A DNA stretch of 64,000 nucleotides from NCBI GenBank assembly GCA_965207835.1, contig CBDBNQ010000002.1:1713224-1777223 (forward strand), given 5' to 3'. This document shows positions 47,293 through 55,943 of the stretch, one piece after another. Position numbers and translations under genes: made by a program. Source of the DNA: Nitrospirales bacterium (lineage in GTDB: Bacteria > Nitrospirota > Nitrospiria > Nitrospirales > UBA8639). Numbering within the stretch: position 1 is the stretch's first letter; each line of letters starts with the position of its first letter. Under the pieces are notes generated by a model, which was given only the letters and a program-made list of their open reading frames with translations, had not been told where the DNA came from and did no database searches.

Positions 47293-47409
47293 GCCCGGAT
47301 GTCTAGTATTGTATATAATTCCCCAAATTTTCGCTTGACAGTTCATTCCGTTGCTGCCACCTTATTTCCCCTTGTGCGTAGTATTCACAATTCAAAAAAG
47401 GAGGGAGTC

Positions 47410-47619
47410 ATGATGAGGCTCGCTGCTTATTTGCTGTTGGTATTGCTATGTTCAGTTGTATTGGCGGTCCCGGTGTTCGCTCAGTCTGGGTCTGGGAGTG
47501 CTGTATATGGCATGGTTCAGGAAGATCCTGCACCTGCTCCTGAACCCTGTACGCCTGCTCCCGATAAACCCTGTCCTGAACCGGAACCGGAACCGGAACC
47601 GGAACCGGAAAAGTCATAA
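47410..47619 (+). CDS. Small secreted Pro/Glu-repeat protein
   Basis: AAGGAGGGAG RBS, then MMRLAAYLLLVLLCSVVLAVPVFAQ signal-like sequence, then a PEPEPEPEPEPE tail. Followed by a strong terminator. Confidence 0.55.
   Translation: MMRLAAYLLLVLLCSVVLAVPVFAQSGSGSAVYGMVQEDPAPAPEPCTPAPDKPCPEPEPEPEPEPEKS
47581..47610. repeat. (CCGGAA)5 hexanucleotide tandem repeat within the CDS
   Basis: Five perfect units, preceded by CCTGAA. Confidence 0.9.
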
Positions 47620-47626
47620 AAGCAGA

Positions 47627-47660
47627 AAGGGGTGCTACCTCGGTAGCACCCCTTTTCTTC
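47627..47660 (+). terminator. Rho-independent terminator
   Basis: GGGGTGCTACC / GGTAGCACCCC stem followed by TTTTCTTC. Confidence 0.7.
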
Positions 47661-47754
47661 ATTCTTTCCCCGGCCCCTTCCTCCAAGTCTCGCAGGCATG
47701 TCTCTGCCCCTGAGCAGGGATCGCGTGGACAAAGGCAAAGCAAAAAGCAAAGAC

Positions 47755-47891
47755 GCTGGATCCTCGATTAAAGATGTCGAGGATGACAGAAGGGGGGAAA
47801 GCGCCCTCACCCCGGCTCTCTCCCGGAGGGCGAGGGTGAAAAAAAGAGAAAGGCCCTCTACCTCCCCTCGCCCCTCCTTACAAAAGAGGGG
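47755..47891. repeat. REP-like intergenic repeat cluster
   Basis: Contains GGATCCTCGATTAAAGATGTCGAGGATGAC, GCCCTCACCCCGGCTCTCTCCCGGAGGGCGAGGGTG and CCTCCCCTCGCCCCTCCTTACAAAAGAGGGG modules. Confidence 0.6.
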
Positions 47892-47897
47892 AACTTA

Positions 47898-48425
47898 CTA
47901 CATGTGCAAATGTTTCATGGCGGCGGCGCAGAGGATGATGAAGATGCCCATCCAGAGGCCGGCTTTTTGGAAGGGAATGGGTTCGACGATCTGTTCTTCT
48001 TTTTCCTGTTCGTCTTCGTCGCCCGTGGGTTCGATGCGGAAGATGACGGTATACAGAAACAAGGTCAAAATGCCGAGCACCAAGGTGAGCTTGATGAAGA
48101 AGATCGTCAGATACTTGGCGTTGTTGGACAGGCCGAAGCCGGTTTGCATTTCCATGGCTTCGCTCACGTAATGCAGGTTGATGCCGCCCGTAAAGAGGAT
48201 CACCACCAGCAGCATGCCCACTACCTTGCGATACTGCTTGTAGAACGTGTCACAGATGGGTTTGATGTATTCCCTGGGCACGGACGATTGGAGCCCCGGT
48301 GTCACCGCCAGGACCAGGAACGCGAGCCCGCCGATCCACACGACGGCCGAGAGCAGGTGCAGCCAGTGATTGACAATGGGAATGATTTTGTTGATATCGG
48401 ACAGCGTGGCCAGGAGGGCATTCAT
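47898..48425 (-). CDS. CopD-like integral membrane protein
   Basis: 175 aa from MNALLATL. HWLHLLSAVVWIGGLAFLVL helix plus three further hydrophobic segments. The start overlaps the radical-SAM stop by 1 nt. The long track ORF N-terminus was rejected. Confidence 0.6.
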   Translation of the reverse strand: MNALLATLSDINKIIPIVNHWLHLLSAVVWIGGLAFLVLAVTPGLQSSVPREYIKPICDTFYKQYRKVVGMLLVVILFTGGINLHYVSEAMEMQTGFGLSNNAKYLTIFFIKLTLVLGILTLFLYTVIFRIEPTGDEDEQEKEEQIVEPIPFQKAGLWMGIFIILCAAAMKHLHM

Positions 48426-49783
48426 CAGAATTTGAACACCGGTTTCTCGTTGCCGAAGCGTTTTTGGCGAAGCTCTTCCATCAATTCGACGGTGATGCGC
48501 GGGACGTTGTGCTCGCGGGCGTGCCGTTCGGTGCCTTTTTTCACCATGGCGCGCAGGAAGTAGGGAATCCGGCTTAACCGTGCCTGCGCGGCTTCGTCCC
48601 ACTCCACCTCGACGTCCTCCGGTACGTTGAATGCGACTTGGATCTTTTCCCCGCCCTTGGGCGTATACAGGCACCACTCGTCCTCGTCCATCCAGTCCCC
48701 GTGATCCACGTAGGGCCGCGCGCGGCAGCCGCCGCAGATCTCGCTGTATTCGCAGTCTCCGCATTTGCCCTTCAGGTGGGGGTACCGGAACGAGTCGAAG
48801 ATGTCCGACTTTTCCCACAGGTCCACGAAACTCGTGGTCCGGATGTTGCCGGCCGACAGGGGCATGTAGGGACAGGGGGTCAGGTCGCCGTTGGGCGTGA
48901 CCCGCGCGTAATTCGTCCCGGCCAGGCAGCCCCCGCCCATGTATCCCTGCGCCTTGGTGATCGGGGAGTCGGGGTCTTTTTCATAGGCGAGGCGCTTGAA
49001 GTGTGGGGCGCACCGCGCGCGTACCAGCATGTCAGAGTACCGGTCCTGGCTCTCCACCAGGAAGGCCAGCACTTCCTCATACTGTTCAGGGCTGATATCG
49101 GTCAGTTCCTCGCCTCGTCCCGTGCAGACCATGAAGAAGACGTTCAGCACCCGCGCGCCCAAGCCGTGGGCCCAGTCGATCACGTCCGGCAGTTCCTTGT
49201 AGTTCATGGGTTGGGCGCTGAAGTGCACTTGGAATTGCAGGCCATTTCGTTTGCAGGCCTCGATGCCCGCAACCGCCGCCTCCCAGGCCCCGGGTATGCC
49301 GCGAAACGCGTCATGTTTGGCTGCGTCCAGGGAGTCGATGCTGATGCCCATGCCCATGACGCCGATCTCGACGAGTTCGCGGGCGAGGCGATCGTTGATC
49401 AGCATGCCGTTGGTGCCGAAGACGACCATGAACCCCTGGCTCACGGCGTGGCGGGCGATGTCCAGGATGTCCGGTCTGACCAGGGGTTCGCCCCCGGTGA
49501 TGACCAGCAGGCAGCCTTTATTGACCTCGGCGATCTGGTCGATCAGCCGGTAACATTCCTCGGTCGAAAGCTCGTCGGATCCCCCGCCGGCCTTGGTGGT
49601 CGCGTCCAGGTAACAGTGGTCACACTTGAGGTTGCAGCGTTTGGTCAGGTTTAGGGCGACGAGATAGGGCTTGAAATCATCGACGGTCCGGCCGTCGCCG
49701 GGACCTGGAGAGGTAAACCCGGTGACGCGAGTGTCGAGCCCTTCCCGTTGCGGGGCGTTGATGACAGGGAGAGATTTGCCCAT
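48425..49783 (-). CDS. Radical SAM / SPASM protein with C-terminal PCP_red-like domain
   Basis: CNLKCDHCY cluster motif. Cys-rich SPASM region (CPYMP...CGDCEYSEICGGCRARP). ~70-aa tail WDEAAQARLSRIPYFLRAMVKKGTERHAREHNVPRITVELMEE. Confidence 0.85.
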   Translation of the reverse strand: MGKSLPVINAPQREGLDTRVTGFTSPGPGDGRTVDDFKPYLVALNLTKRCNLKCDHCYLDATTKAGGGSDELSTEECYRLIDQIAEVNKGCLLVITGGEPLVRPDILDIARHAVSQGFMVVFGTNGMLINDRLARELVEIGVMGMGISIDSLDAAKHDAFRGIPGAWEAAVAGIEACKRNGLQFQVHFSAQPMNYKELPDVIDWAHGLGARVLNVFFMVCTGRGEELTDISPEQYEEVLAFLVESQDRYSDMLVRARCAPHFKRLAYEKDPDSPITKAQGYMGGGCLAGTNYARVTPNGDLTPCPYMPLSAGNIRTTSFVDLWEKSDIFDSFRYPHLKGKCGDCEYSEICGGCRARPYVDHGDWMDEDEWCLYTPKGGEKIQVAFNVPEDVEVEWDEAAQARLSRIPYFLRAMVKKGTERHAREHNVPRITVELMEELRQKRFGNEKPVFKF

Positions 49784-49789
49784 GGCTCC

Positions 49790-51829
49790 CTATTGTTGAG
49801 CGCCTGCACCGGTCAGTTTGGCGATGATGTCCTTGACGTTGCCGGACTTCATGGCTTCTTCCATGGTGTGTTTGGCTTGCTCTATCCCTTCGTTCGCCAC
49901 GTCGATGGTGATGTGCGTGGTGCCCAGCTTTTCGGCGTGCTTGATAATGAGTGCTTTGGTGCAATCGCGCATGAACCCTTCCGGGGCGCGTTCCAAGCGC
50001 TTCATGGCCTCGGGCTCCCAACGATAGGGCGAGTCGGGTTCCGGCTCGCTTGTCGGTGTGGCGGGTTGTTCCGCATTGGCGAAAATCGGTGTGTAGTCTT
50101 CGTTGGCGGCTTCGTCAATCATGGGCGAGGCATACTCCAGGGTGATCGTGGTCATGCCGAGCTTCCTGGCGGATTTTTCGATCTTGGCTTTGGCTCGGCG
50201 GCGTTGGAATCCTGCGGGGACCGCCCTGATGGCTTCCTTGGCGTCCTTGGTCCATTGCATGGGCACGTCGTCGTAAGCCAGTTGCGTTTCCAGGACCCCT
50301 TCCTGCTTGGCCGCGGCGTCAAACACGCTCTTGTCGACGGTTTTGAAGCCGTCGCCCGCTCCCCCGCAAATCGGGCACTTGACGGGTTGAGCGCCTTTTC
50401 CGATGTAGCCGCATCCGTTGCAGACGTAATACGGCTGGGCCATGCGGTCCAGATAAGATTGCGTGGATGGGCTCACCGCGGAATTCGCTACGGGCTCCTT
50501 TTCTTCAACCACCTGGTTGACCATGCCGCTGAGGGTCGAACCCATGATGTCCTGGGCCACGGCGTCATCGGCCTGCATCCGGTCGCGGTCGATGCCGGCT
50601 TCGTCGAGTTGGCCGCCCAGGGCCTTCATAGCATCCATGGCTCCTTTGGGCAGGATGTCGCCGACCGCGTCGTCCACCACCGAATTGCTAATGATGGTGT
50701 GGCCTTTTTCAATGGCATAGCGGTGAATGGCGGTTTTGGCGACGCCGCGCGCGAACACCGGCACCTTTTCCATGCGCAGTAGGGCTTCCTCGGTCCAAGC
50801 GATGGTGTATTCCGCCTGGGTGTCGATCGGCGGCACGAATCTTTTGTTGGAGATCAGGATGTTACAGGAGGCCGCCCGGAGCAGGTTTTCGGTGTTGCTG
50901 CCGATGTCCATGTCGTCGTCGCTGTGCACGCCGATACGCCCGACGATCAGCAGCCAGGGTTGTTCCTTACGCACGTACTGGATGACTTTTTCAAACGCCT
51001 TACCGTCCAGGAGCGTGGTGCGGATGTCCGACCCCTCTTCCTGAGCCATTTCCCGGGAAATGTCCAGGTGCGATTGATAGATTTTGGCCAGCCCGCTGTC
51101 GATCACTTCCTCGTGGAGTTTTTCCTGTTCCTTGAAGCGAAAGACTTTGCCGGCCTCTTCGTTCAGGACTCCGGAAATGCTGTGGAACGCGGCGTAGTGG
51201 AAATACGGATCGAACGCGGAAATGGCCTCGACCGGTTTGTTCAGGGCTTTCCCCAGGGCGAGGCCGGTTTTCAACCCGCCGAAGCTGTACGGGCTGCCGT
51301 CCACGGCCACGACGATTTTCCCCCCGTTCATGGGCTTCAGGTCTTTCACGATGAACATGTCCGAATTGCGAACCCGGCGCAGGACCCGTTCGGTATTGCT
51401 GCCGATCACGGAATCTTTCACGGCGCCCACCCCGAGCGAGCCCATAATGGTCAGATCGTAGGCGTTGGTGTTGATGTCTTCGGCCAACACCTTCCAATTG
51501 CGACCCTCGAGGGACCGGCGTTCCAGGGGGAGATTCGACTCGGTACATCTCTGATCCACGTAGTCCAGATAGGAATCGGTGATGATCTGGAGCCCGCGTG
51601 TGATGAGAGAGTCGTGAATCTTGCGTTGGCGGTCGAGTTCTTTTTCGTCGTGATATTCCTCGGGCAGGCCCGCTTCCATCTGCTTGAACCGCTTGTCGTG
51701 CATCTTGGCGGCATAGACGTGGCTGCCGACGATTTTCGACCCGAATTCCTGTGCCAACCGCACACCCAGGTCGACGGCCATATTGGAATGGTCGGAATTG
51801 TCGACCGGGATGTAGATGGTTTTATACAT
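49790..51829 (-). CDS. Multidomain protein: two universal-stress (USP) domains, three PCP_red-like domains and a rubredoxin-like CxxC...CxxC knuckle
   Basis: 679 aa with two USP modules (IYIPVDNSDHS..., IVVAVDGSPYS...). The motif W(T/E)xEAxxxxxxxPxFxRxxxxxxIExxA-like recurs three times. Also has YVCNGCGYIGKGAQPVKCPICG. Confidence 0.75.
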   Translation of the reverse strand: MYKTIYIPVDNSDHSNMAVDLGVRLAQEFGSKIVGSHVYAAKMHDKRFKQMEAGLPEEYHDEKELDRQRKIHDSLITRGLQIITDSYLDYVDQRCTESNLPLERRSLEGRNWKVLAEDINTNAYDLTIMGSLGVGAVKDSVIGSNTERVLRRVRNSDMFIVKDLKPMNGGKIVVAVDGSPYSFGGLKTGLALGKALNKPVEAISAFDPYFHYAAFHSISGVLNEEAGKVFRFKEQEKLHEEVIDSGLAKIYQSHLDISREMAQEEGSDIRTTLLDGKAFEKVIQYVRKEQPWLLIVGRIGVHSDDDMDIGSNTENLLRAASCNILISNKRFVPPIDTQAEYTIAWTEEALLRMEKVPVFARGVAKTAIHRYAIEKGHTIISNSVVDDAVGDILPKGAMDAMKALGGQLDEAGIDRDRMQADDAVAQDIMGSTLSGMVNQVVEEKEPVANSAVSPSTQSYLDRMAQPYYVCNGCGYIGKGAQPVKCPICGGAGDGFKTVDKSVFDAAAKQEGVLETQLAYDDVPMQWTKDAKEAIRAVPAGFQRRRAKAKIEKSARKLGMTTITLEYASPMIDEAANEDYTPIFANAEQPATPTSEPEPDSPYRWEPEAMKRLERAPEGFMRDCTKALIIKHAEKLGTTHITIDVANEGIEQAKHTMEEAMKSGNVKDIIAKLTGAGAQQ

Positions 51830-52259
51830 GAGAAGCCTCCTTACGAAACTTCACGAGTTTATTCGAGTCCCACACCTGCAGCCGAATGCGAGAAGTCGCA
51901 CCTCAAGCGCAAAAAAATTGAAGGCGGATCTTAGCACCTGGCGTTCAGGCAATGCAACAAAATGTGGGTGCATCACTTGTAGATAGGGTCCAGTCTTCGG
52001 CATCAAGTCGTCTTTGGAATCATGCGAATCCTGCCGGCATTGAAAATTTTTTGAAATCCGTTTAGTATCTGCCGCATCCGTTCACGGCAGGAAAGGTACG
52101 GGAAACTCCTGGAAGTGCGAGGAGGGGGTTCTCTTTGTCCATATCGAGAGAGGATCTGCTAGGACGCTTGAGTTCATTCCAGTTTGGCTTGGGCTTATAT
52201 GGGAAATACTGGCAACTATTTGAAAATACTTGATTTTTTTCAATGCGAGAACGTTGTAT

Positions 52260-52290
52260 TTGACAAACCTACCTCGTTTTTCTTTATGGT
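52260..52290 (+). promoter_or_regulatory. Candidate promoter for metK
   Basis: TTGACA (52260-52265) and TATGGT (52285-52290), separated by a 19-nt spacer that is longer than optimal. Confidence 0.3.
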
Positions 52291-52422
52291 AGGCGGTCTT
52301 TGGGCTGCCATCTGTGGTGTTCTGGGCAACCCGATTCTTTAACGCTTCAACAAGGCACTCCTTTCCTGCAGGATGGACGGGAGCTGCCTTTTTGTTTATT
52401 GAGCCAGGGAAAGGTGACCGTA

Positions 52423-53580
52423 ATGAGTCAACAGAATTTTTTGTTTACCTCCGAGTCCGTGACCGAGGGGCATCCGGACAAAATCGCCGACCAGATATCC
52501 GATGGCATCCTGGATGCCATTATGGCCAAGGATAAAAATTGCCGCGTGGCGTGTGAGACGATTCTGACGACCGGTTTGGCGTTCGTGGCGGGAGAAGTTT
52601 CCACGAAGGCCTACGTGGAAATACCGGATATTATTCGAGAAACCATCCGTGACGCGGGCTATACCGATGCCACGTGGGGGTTCGATTACCGCACCTGCTC
52701 GGTATTGACGGCGATTGATGCCCAATCAGGTGATATTGCCATGGGTGTGGATACCGGCGGAGCAGGTGATCAGGGATTGATGTTCGGCTACGCCGCTAAC
52801 GAGACGAGCGAATTGATGCCCATGCCGATCGTGTTGGCCCATCGTCTGACGAAACGCTTGGCGGAGGTCCGGAAGACGAACCTGTTACCTTGGGTGCGCC
52901 CGGACGGCAAGGCCCAGGTGACCGTCGAGTATAAGAACGGTAAGCCGGTCCGCATCGATACGATCGTGGTCTCGACCCAGCATAGCGACAAGGTGACGTC
53001 CAAGAAAATCGAGCAGGAAATTAAGGAAAAAGTCATCAAACCCGTGATGCCAAAGGGGATCTTCAACCCGAACAAGGTGACGTTTCACATCAACCCGACG
53101 GGCCGGTTCGTGACGGGGGGGCCCATGGGCGATACCGGGTTGACCGGTCGCAAGATCATCGTCGATACCTATGGAGGCGTGGGGAGTCACGGCGGCGGGG
53201 CCTTTTCCGGCAAGGACCCCAGTAAGGTGGATCGGTCGGCGTCGTACATGGCCCGGTATATTGCCAAGAATATCGTGGCGGCGAAATTGGCCGAGAAATG
53301 TGAAGTGCAATTGGCGTACGCGATCGGGGTGCCGGAACCCGTCTCCGTGCTGGTCGACGCAAAAGGGACGGAGAAAGTCGCGATTGAGGTCATCGACAAA
53401 CTGATCCGGAAACATTTCCCGATGACCCCGCGTGGAATCATCGATCATTTGAAACTGCGACGTCCTATTTATAAACAGACGGCTGCCTACGGGCACTTTG
53501 GGCGAAGCGGCCCGGGGTTCACCTGGGAAAAAACAGATAAGTCCTCGATTTTGAAACAGGCCGTCGACGTGTACCTGTGA
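52423..53580 (+). CDS. metK: S-adenosylmethionine synthase
   Basis: [19 protein letters not shown] and GGGAFSGKD motifs. ATG at 52423. Confidence 0.95.
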   Translation: MSQQNFLFTSESVTEGHPDKIADQISDGILDAIMAKDKNCRVACETILTTGLAFVAGEVSTKAYVEIPDIIRETIRDAGYTDATWGFDYRTCSVLTAIDAQSGDIAMGVDTGGAGDQGLMFGYAANETSELMPMPIVLAHRLTKRLAEVRKTNLLPWVRPDGKAQVTVEYKNGKPVRIDTIVVSTQHSDKVTSKKIEQEIKEKVIKPVMPKGIFNPNKVTFHINPTGRFVTGGPMGDTGLTGRKIIVDTYGGVGSHGGGAFSGKDPSKVDRSASYMARYIAKNIVAAKLAEKCEVQLAYAIGVPEPVSVLVDAKGTEKVAIEVIDKLIRKHFPMTPRGIIDHLKLRRPIYKQTAAYGHFGRSGPGFTWEKTDKSSILKQAVDVYL

Positions 53581-53622
53581 CGTTGAGGGTTGATCGAGTC
53601 CAAGCAGAAGGGAGCGACGAGC

Positions 53623-55005
53623 ATGAGTACAACTGCGCAACTGGAGAACACGGTGTGTGATTATAAAGTGGCGGATATCAGCTTGGCTGACTGGGGCCGG
53701 AAAGAGATTCAGATAGCCGAAACGGAAATGCCCAGCTTGATGGCCTTGAGGGAGAAATATCGAGCGGCGCAGCCCCTCAAGGGTGCCAGGATTCTCGGGT
53801 GCATTCATATGACGGTCCAGACGGCTGTCCTGATTGAGACCCTGATGGAGTTGGGAGCCGAAGTGCGGTGGTCCTCGTGCAACATTTTCTCCACACAGGA
53901 TCACGCCGCGGCCGCGATCGCGGCCCGGGGCATTCCGGTGTACGCCTGGAAAGGCGAAACGCTCGAAGAATATGACTGGTGCCTCGAGCAGACCATTCTG
54001 AAGGATGGCCGGCCCTGGGACGCCAACATGGTCCTGGATGACGGGGGTGATTTGACCCTGATGCTCCACGAAAAGTATCCGGCGATGTTGGATAAAATCC
54101 ACGGCATCACGGAAGAGACCACCACGGGGGTGTACCGGCTGCAGGAGCGGCTGGAAAACGGCACCCTGAAAGTGCCGGTCGTCAACGTCAACGATTCCGT
54201 CACGAAGTCGAAAAACGACAATAAATACGGATGCCGGCACAGTTTGAACGACGCAGTGAAGCGTGGCACGGACCATCTCTTATCCGGGAAAAAAGCCCTG
54301 GTGGTCGGGTATGGCGACGTGGGGAAAGGGTCAGCCCAATCCCTGCGCCAGGAAGGCATGATCGTACGCGTGTCGGAAATCGACCCCATTTGCGGGATGC
54401 AGGCCTGCATGGACGGCTTTGAGGTCGTATCGCCCTACAACGATGGAATCAATACGGGGAACGTGGAAGACATCAACGCGGCGCTGTTGGGCAGTACGGA
54501 CCTGGTCGTGACGGCTACCGGCAATTATAACGTCTGTGACGCCGCCATGTTGCAAAAGCTCAAACCGGGAGCCGTGGTCTGCAATATCGGCCATTTCGAC
54601 AATGAAATCGATACGGCCTACATGCGGAAACATTGGGAGTGGGATGAAGTCAAGCCGCAAGTGCATAAGATCTATCGGAGCGCGCTTGCCAACGACCATC
54701 TGATCCTCCTGTCCGAAGGGCGTCTGGTCAATCTGGGCAATGCGACCGGTCATCCTTCCCGGATTATGGACGGGTCCTTTTCCAACCAGGTCCTGGCACA
54801 AATTTATCTGTTCGGGAAGAAATTCGCCGATACTCCCGGGGCTCCGGTCACGGTTGATGTGCTGCCGAAGAAGCTGGATGAAGAAGTGGCCGCCTATATG
54901 GTGCGCGGGTTCGGTGGGACGTTGACCAAACTCACCAAAGAACAGGCCTCCTACATCAATGTGTCCGTCGAAGGCCCGTTCAAACCGGAAGCCTACAGGT
55001 ACTGA
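53623..55005 (+). CDS. ahcY: Adenosylhomocysteinase
   Basis: [16 protein letters not shown] start and [11 protein letters not shown] motif. ATG at 53623 with a GAAGGGAG RBS. Confidence 0.95.
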   Translation: MSTTAQLENTVCDYKVADISLADWGRKEIQIAETEMPSLMALREKYRAAQPLKGARILGCIHMTVQTAVLIETLMELGAEVRWSSCNIFSTQDHAAAAIAARGIPVYAWKGETLEEYDWCLEQTILKDGRPWDANMVLDDGGDLTLMLHEKYPAMLDKIHGITEETTTGVYRLQERLENGTLKVPVVNVNDSVTKSKNDNKYGCRHSLNDAVKRGTDHLLSGKKALVVGYGDVGKGSAQSLRQEGMIVRVSEIDPICGMQACMDGFEVVSPYNDGINTGNVEDINAALLGSTDLVVTATGNYNVCDAAMLQKLKPGAVVCNIGHFDNEIDTAYMRKHWEWDEVKPQVHKIYRSALANDHLILLSEGRLVNLGNATGHPSRIMDGSFSNQVLAQIYLFGKKFADTPGAPVTVDVLPKKLDEEVAAYMVRGFGGTLTKLTKEQASYINVSVEGPFKPEAYRY

Positions 55006-55199
55006 TTCGCTGGAATTGCAGCGTGGACTGCTGGGTCAAAAGCCTCATGCAGCCGGTCTGGACAATGGCCTAAATATCCGGCCTGTTGGGGCTTTTTCCA
55101 GGTTGCGAAATTCCGTGCACCGGCATACAGTAGTAGTAGTCCGACAATTGCGCTATCAGTACACATTTATATTCTGTTGGGGATTGAGGAATTAAGCCC

Positions 55200-55814
55200 A
55201 TGCCGACAATGTATGAGGTTCTACCAGGTCCGGAACATTTTCTGCCCCCGGCGGCAGCCAGTATGGGCATTCGTTTGCCGGATCCGGGGCAGGCACATAT
55301 TCATGGAAAAATCGTCAACGAGGATGAGGCCATGGAAGTCGCGGCCCGTAAATTCTTATCGGCCAAGGTTCCGACGATCTTCCCGGGTCCGCTGGTTCTG
55401 TGGGCCTGGAATGAAAAAGCGGCCAAGAAGGCCACGGCAATCAGGCACCTCTATGAAACGATCAAGGAAAGTGTCACCCCGTCCCAACAGGCGATGCTCA
55501 TTCCCATGCCCGATTACCGGCCCAAATATCCGAAGATCAACCCTGAAATCGAAATCAATCCCAACCATCCCAACCTCACAATTTGGCATAACAAGATCGA
55601 TGCCTGCATGTTCGTCGGGGTGCATTGCCATCAGGCGAACCTGTCCCTCAAGATTATCCGGGGCGGCACGTATTGTTATACCATCGCCATGTGCGCCCAG
55701 GCGGGCCATGAAGACGCCATGGTATCGTTCCGTGATGCGACGGCCGACAAAATCATGAAATTGGCCGATTGGGTGAAAAAGTTAAAAGGGTCGGTCGAGC
55801 CGCCGAAAGACTGA
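55200..55814 (+). CDS. Extra (delta-like) subunit of five-subunit 2-oxoacid:ferredoxin oxidoreductase
   Basis: 204-aa ORF heading the OFOR cluster. Assigned by position only, by analogy to the Hydrogenobacter five-subunit enzymes. Confidence 0.6.
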   Translation: MPTMYEVLPGPEHFLPPAAASMGIRLPDPGQAHIHGKIVNEDEAMEVAARKFLSAKVPTIFPGPLVLWAWNEKAAKKATAIRHLYETIKESVTPSQQAMLIPMPDYRPKYPKINPEIEINPNHPNLTIWHNKIDACMFVGVHCHQANLSLKIIRGGTYCYTIAMCAQAGHEDAMVSFRDATADKIMKLADWVKKLKGSVEPPKD

Positions 55815-55943
55815 ATGTCGGGCGTCAGCAATTTTTTATTTATTTACCGTTCATGTGGCGCTACAATGCAGCAATATTTCCCGTTCAGATGAAACGCCCT
55901 GTGAGCAGAAGCCGGTAGTCCTAATACAAAAGGAGGCGCAGTC

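Larger units (their letters stand above)
44501..47323 (+). mobile_element. IS1595-family transposable unit carrying a type II R-M system as cargo
   Basis: Left terminal inverted repeat is GGGACTTATATACAATACTAGACA (44501-44524). The reverse complement of 47300-47323 is GGGAATTATATACAATACTAGACA (23/24 match). An 8-bp direct repeat CAAATTTT lies at 44493-44500 and 47324-47331. Confidence 0.8.

Noticed and set aside
48426-48818. Arg/Gly-rich N-terminal extension of ORF 47898..48818.
   Set aside because: It overlaps the 3-prime part of the radical SAM gene in another frame. The membrane protein begins at MNALLATL (48425) with stop/start overlap.
55006-55199. Possible terminator or small RNA between ahcY and the OFOR cluster.
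   Set aside because: Only weak, short stems (GGCC...GGCC) without a convincing U-tract. Not supportable by eye.
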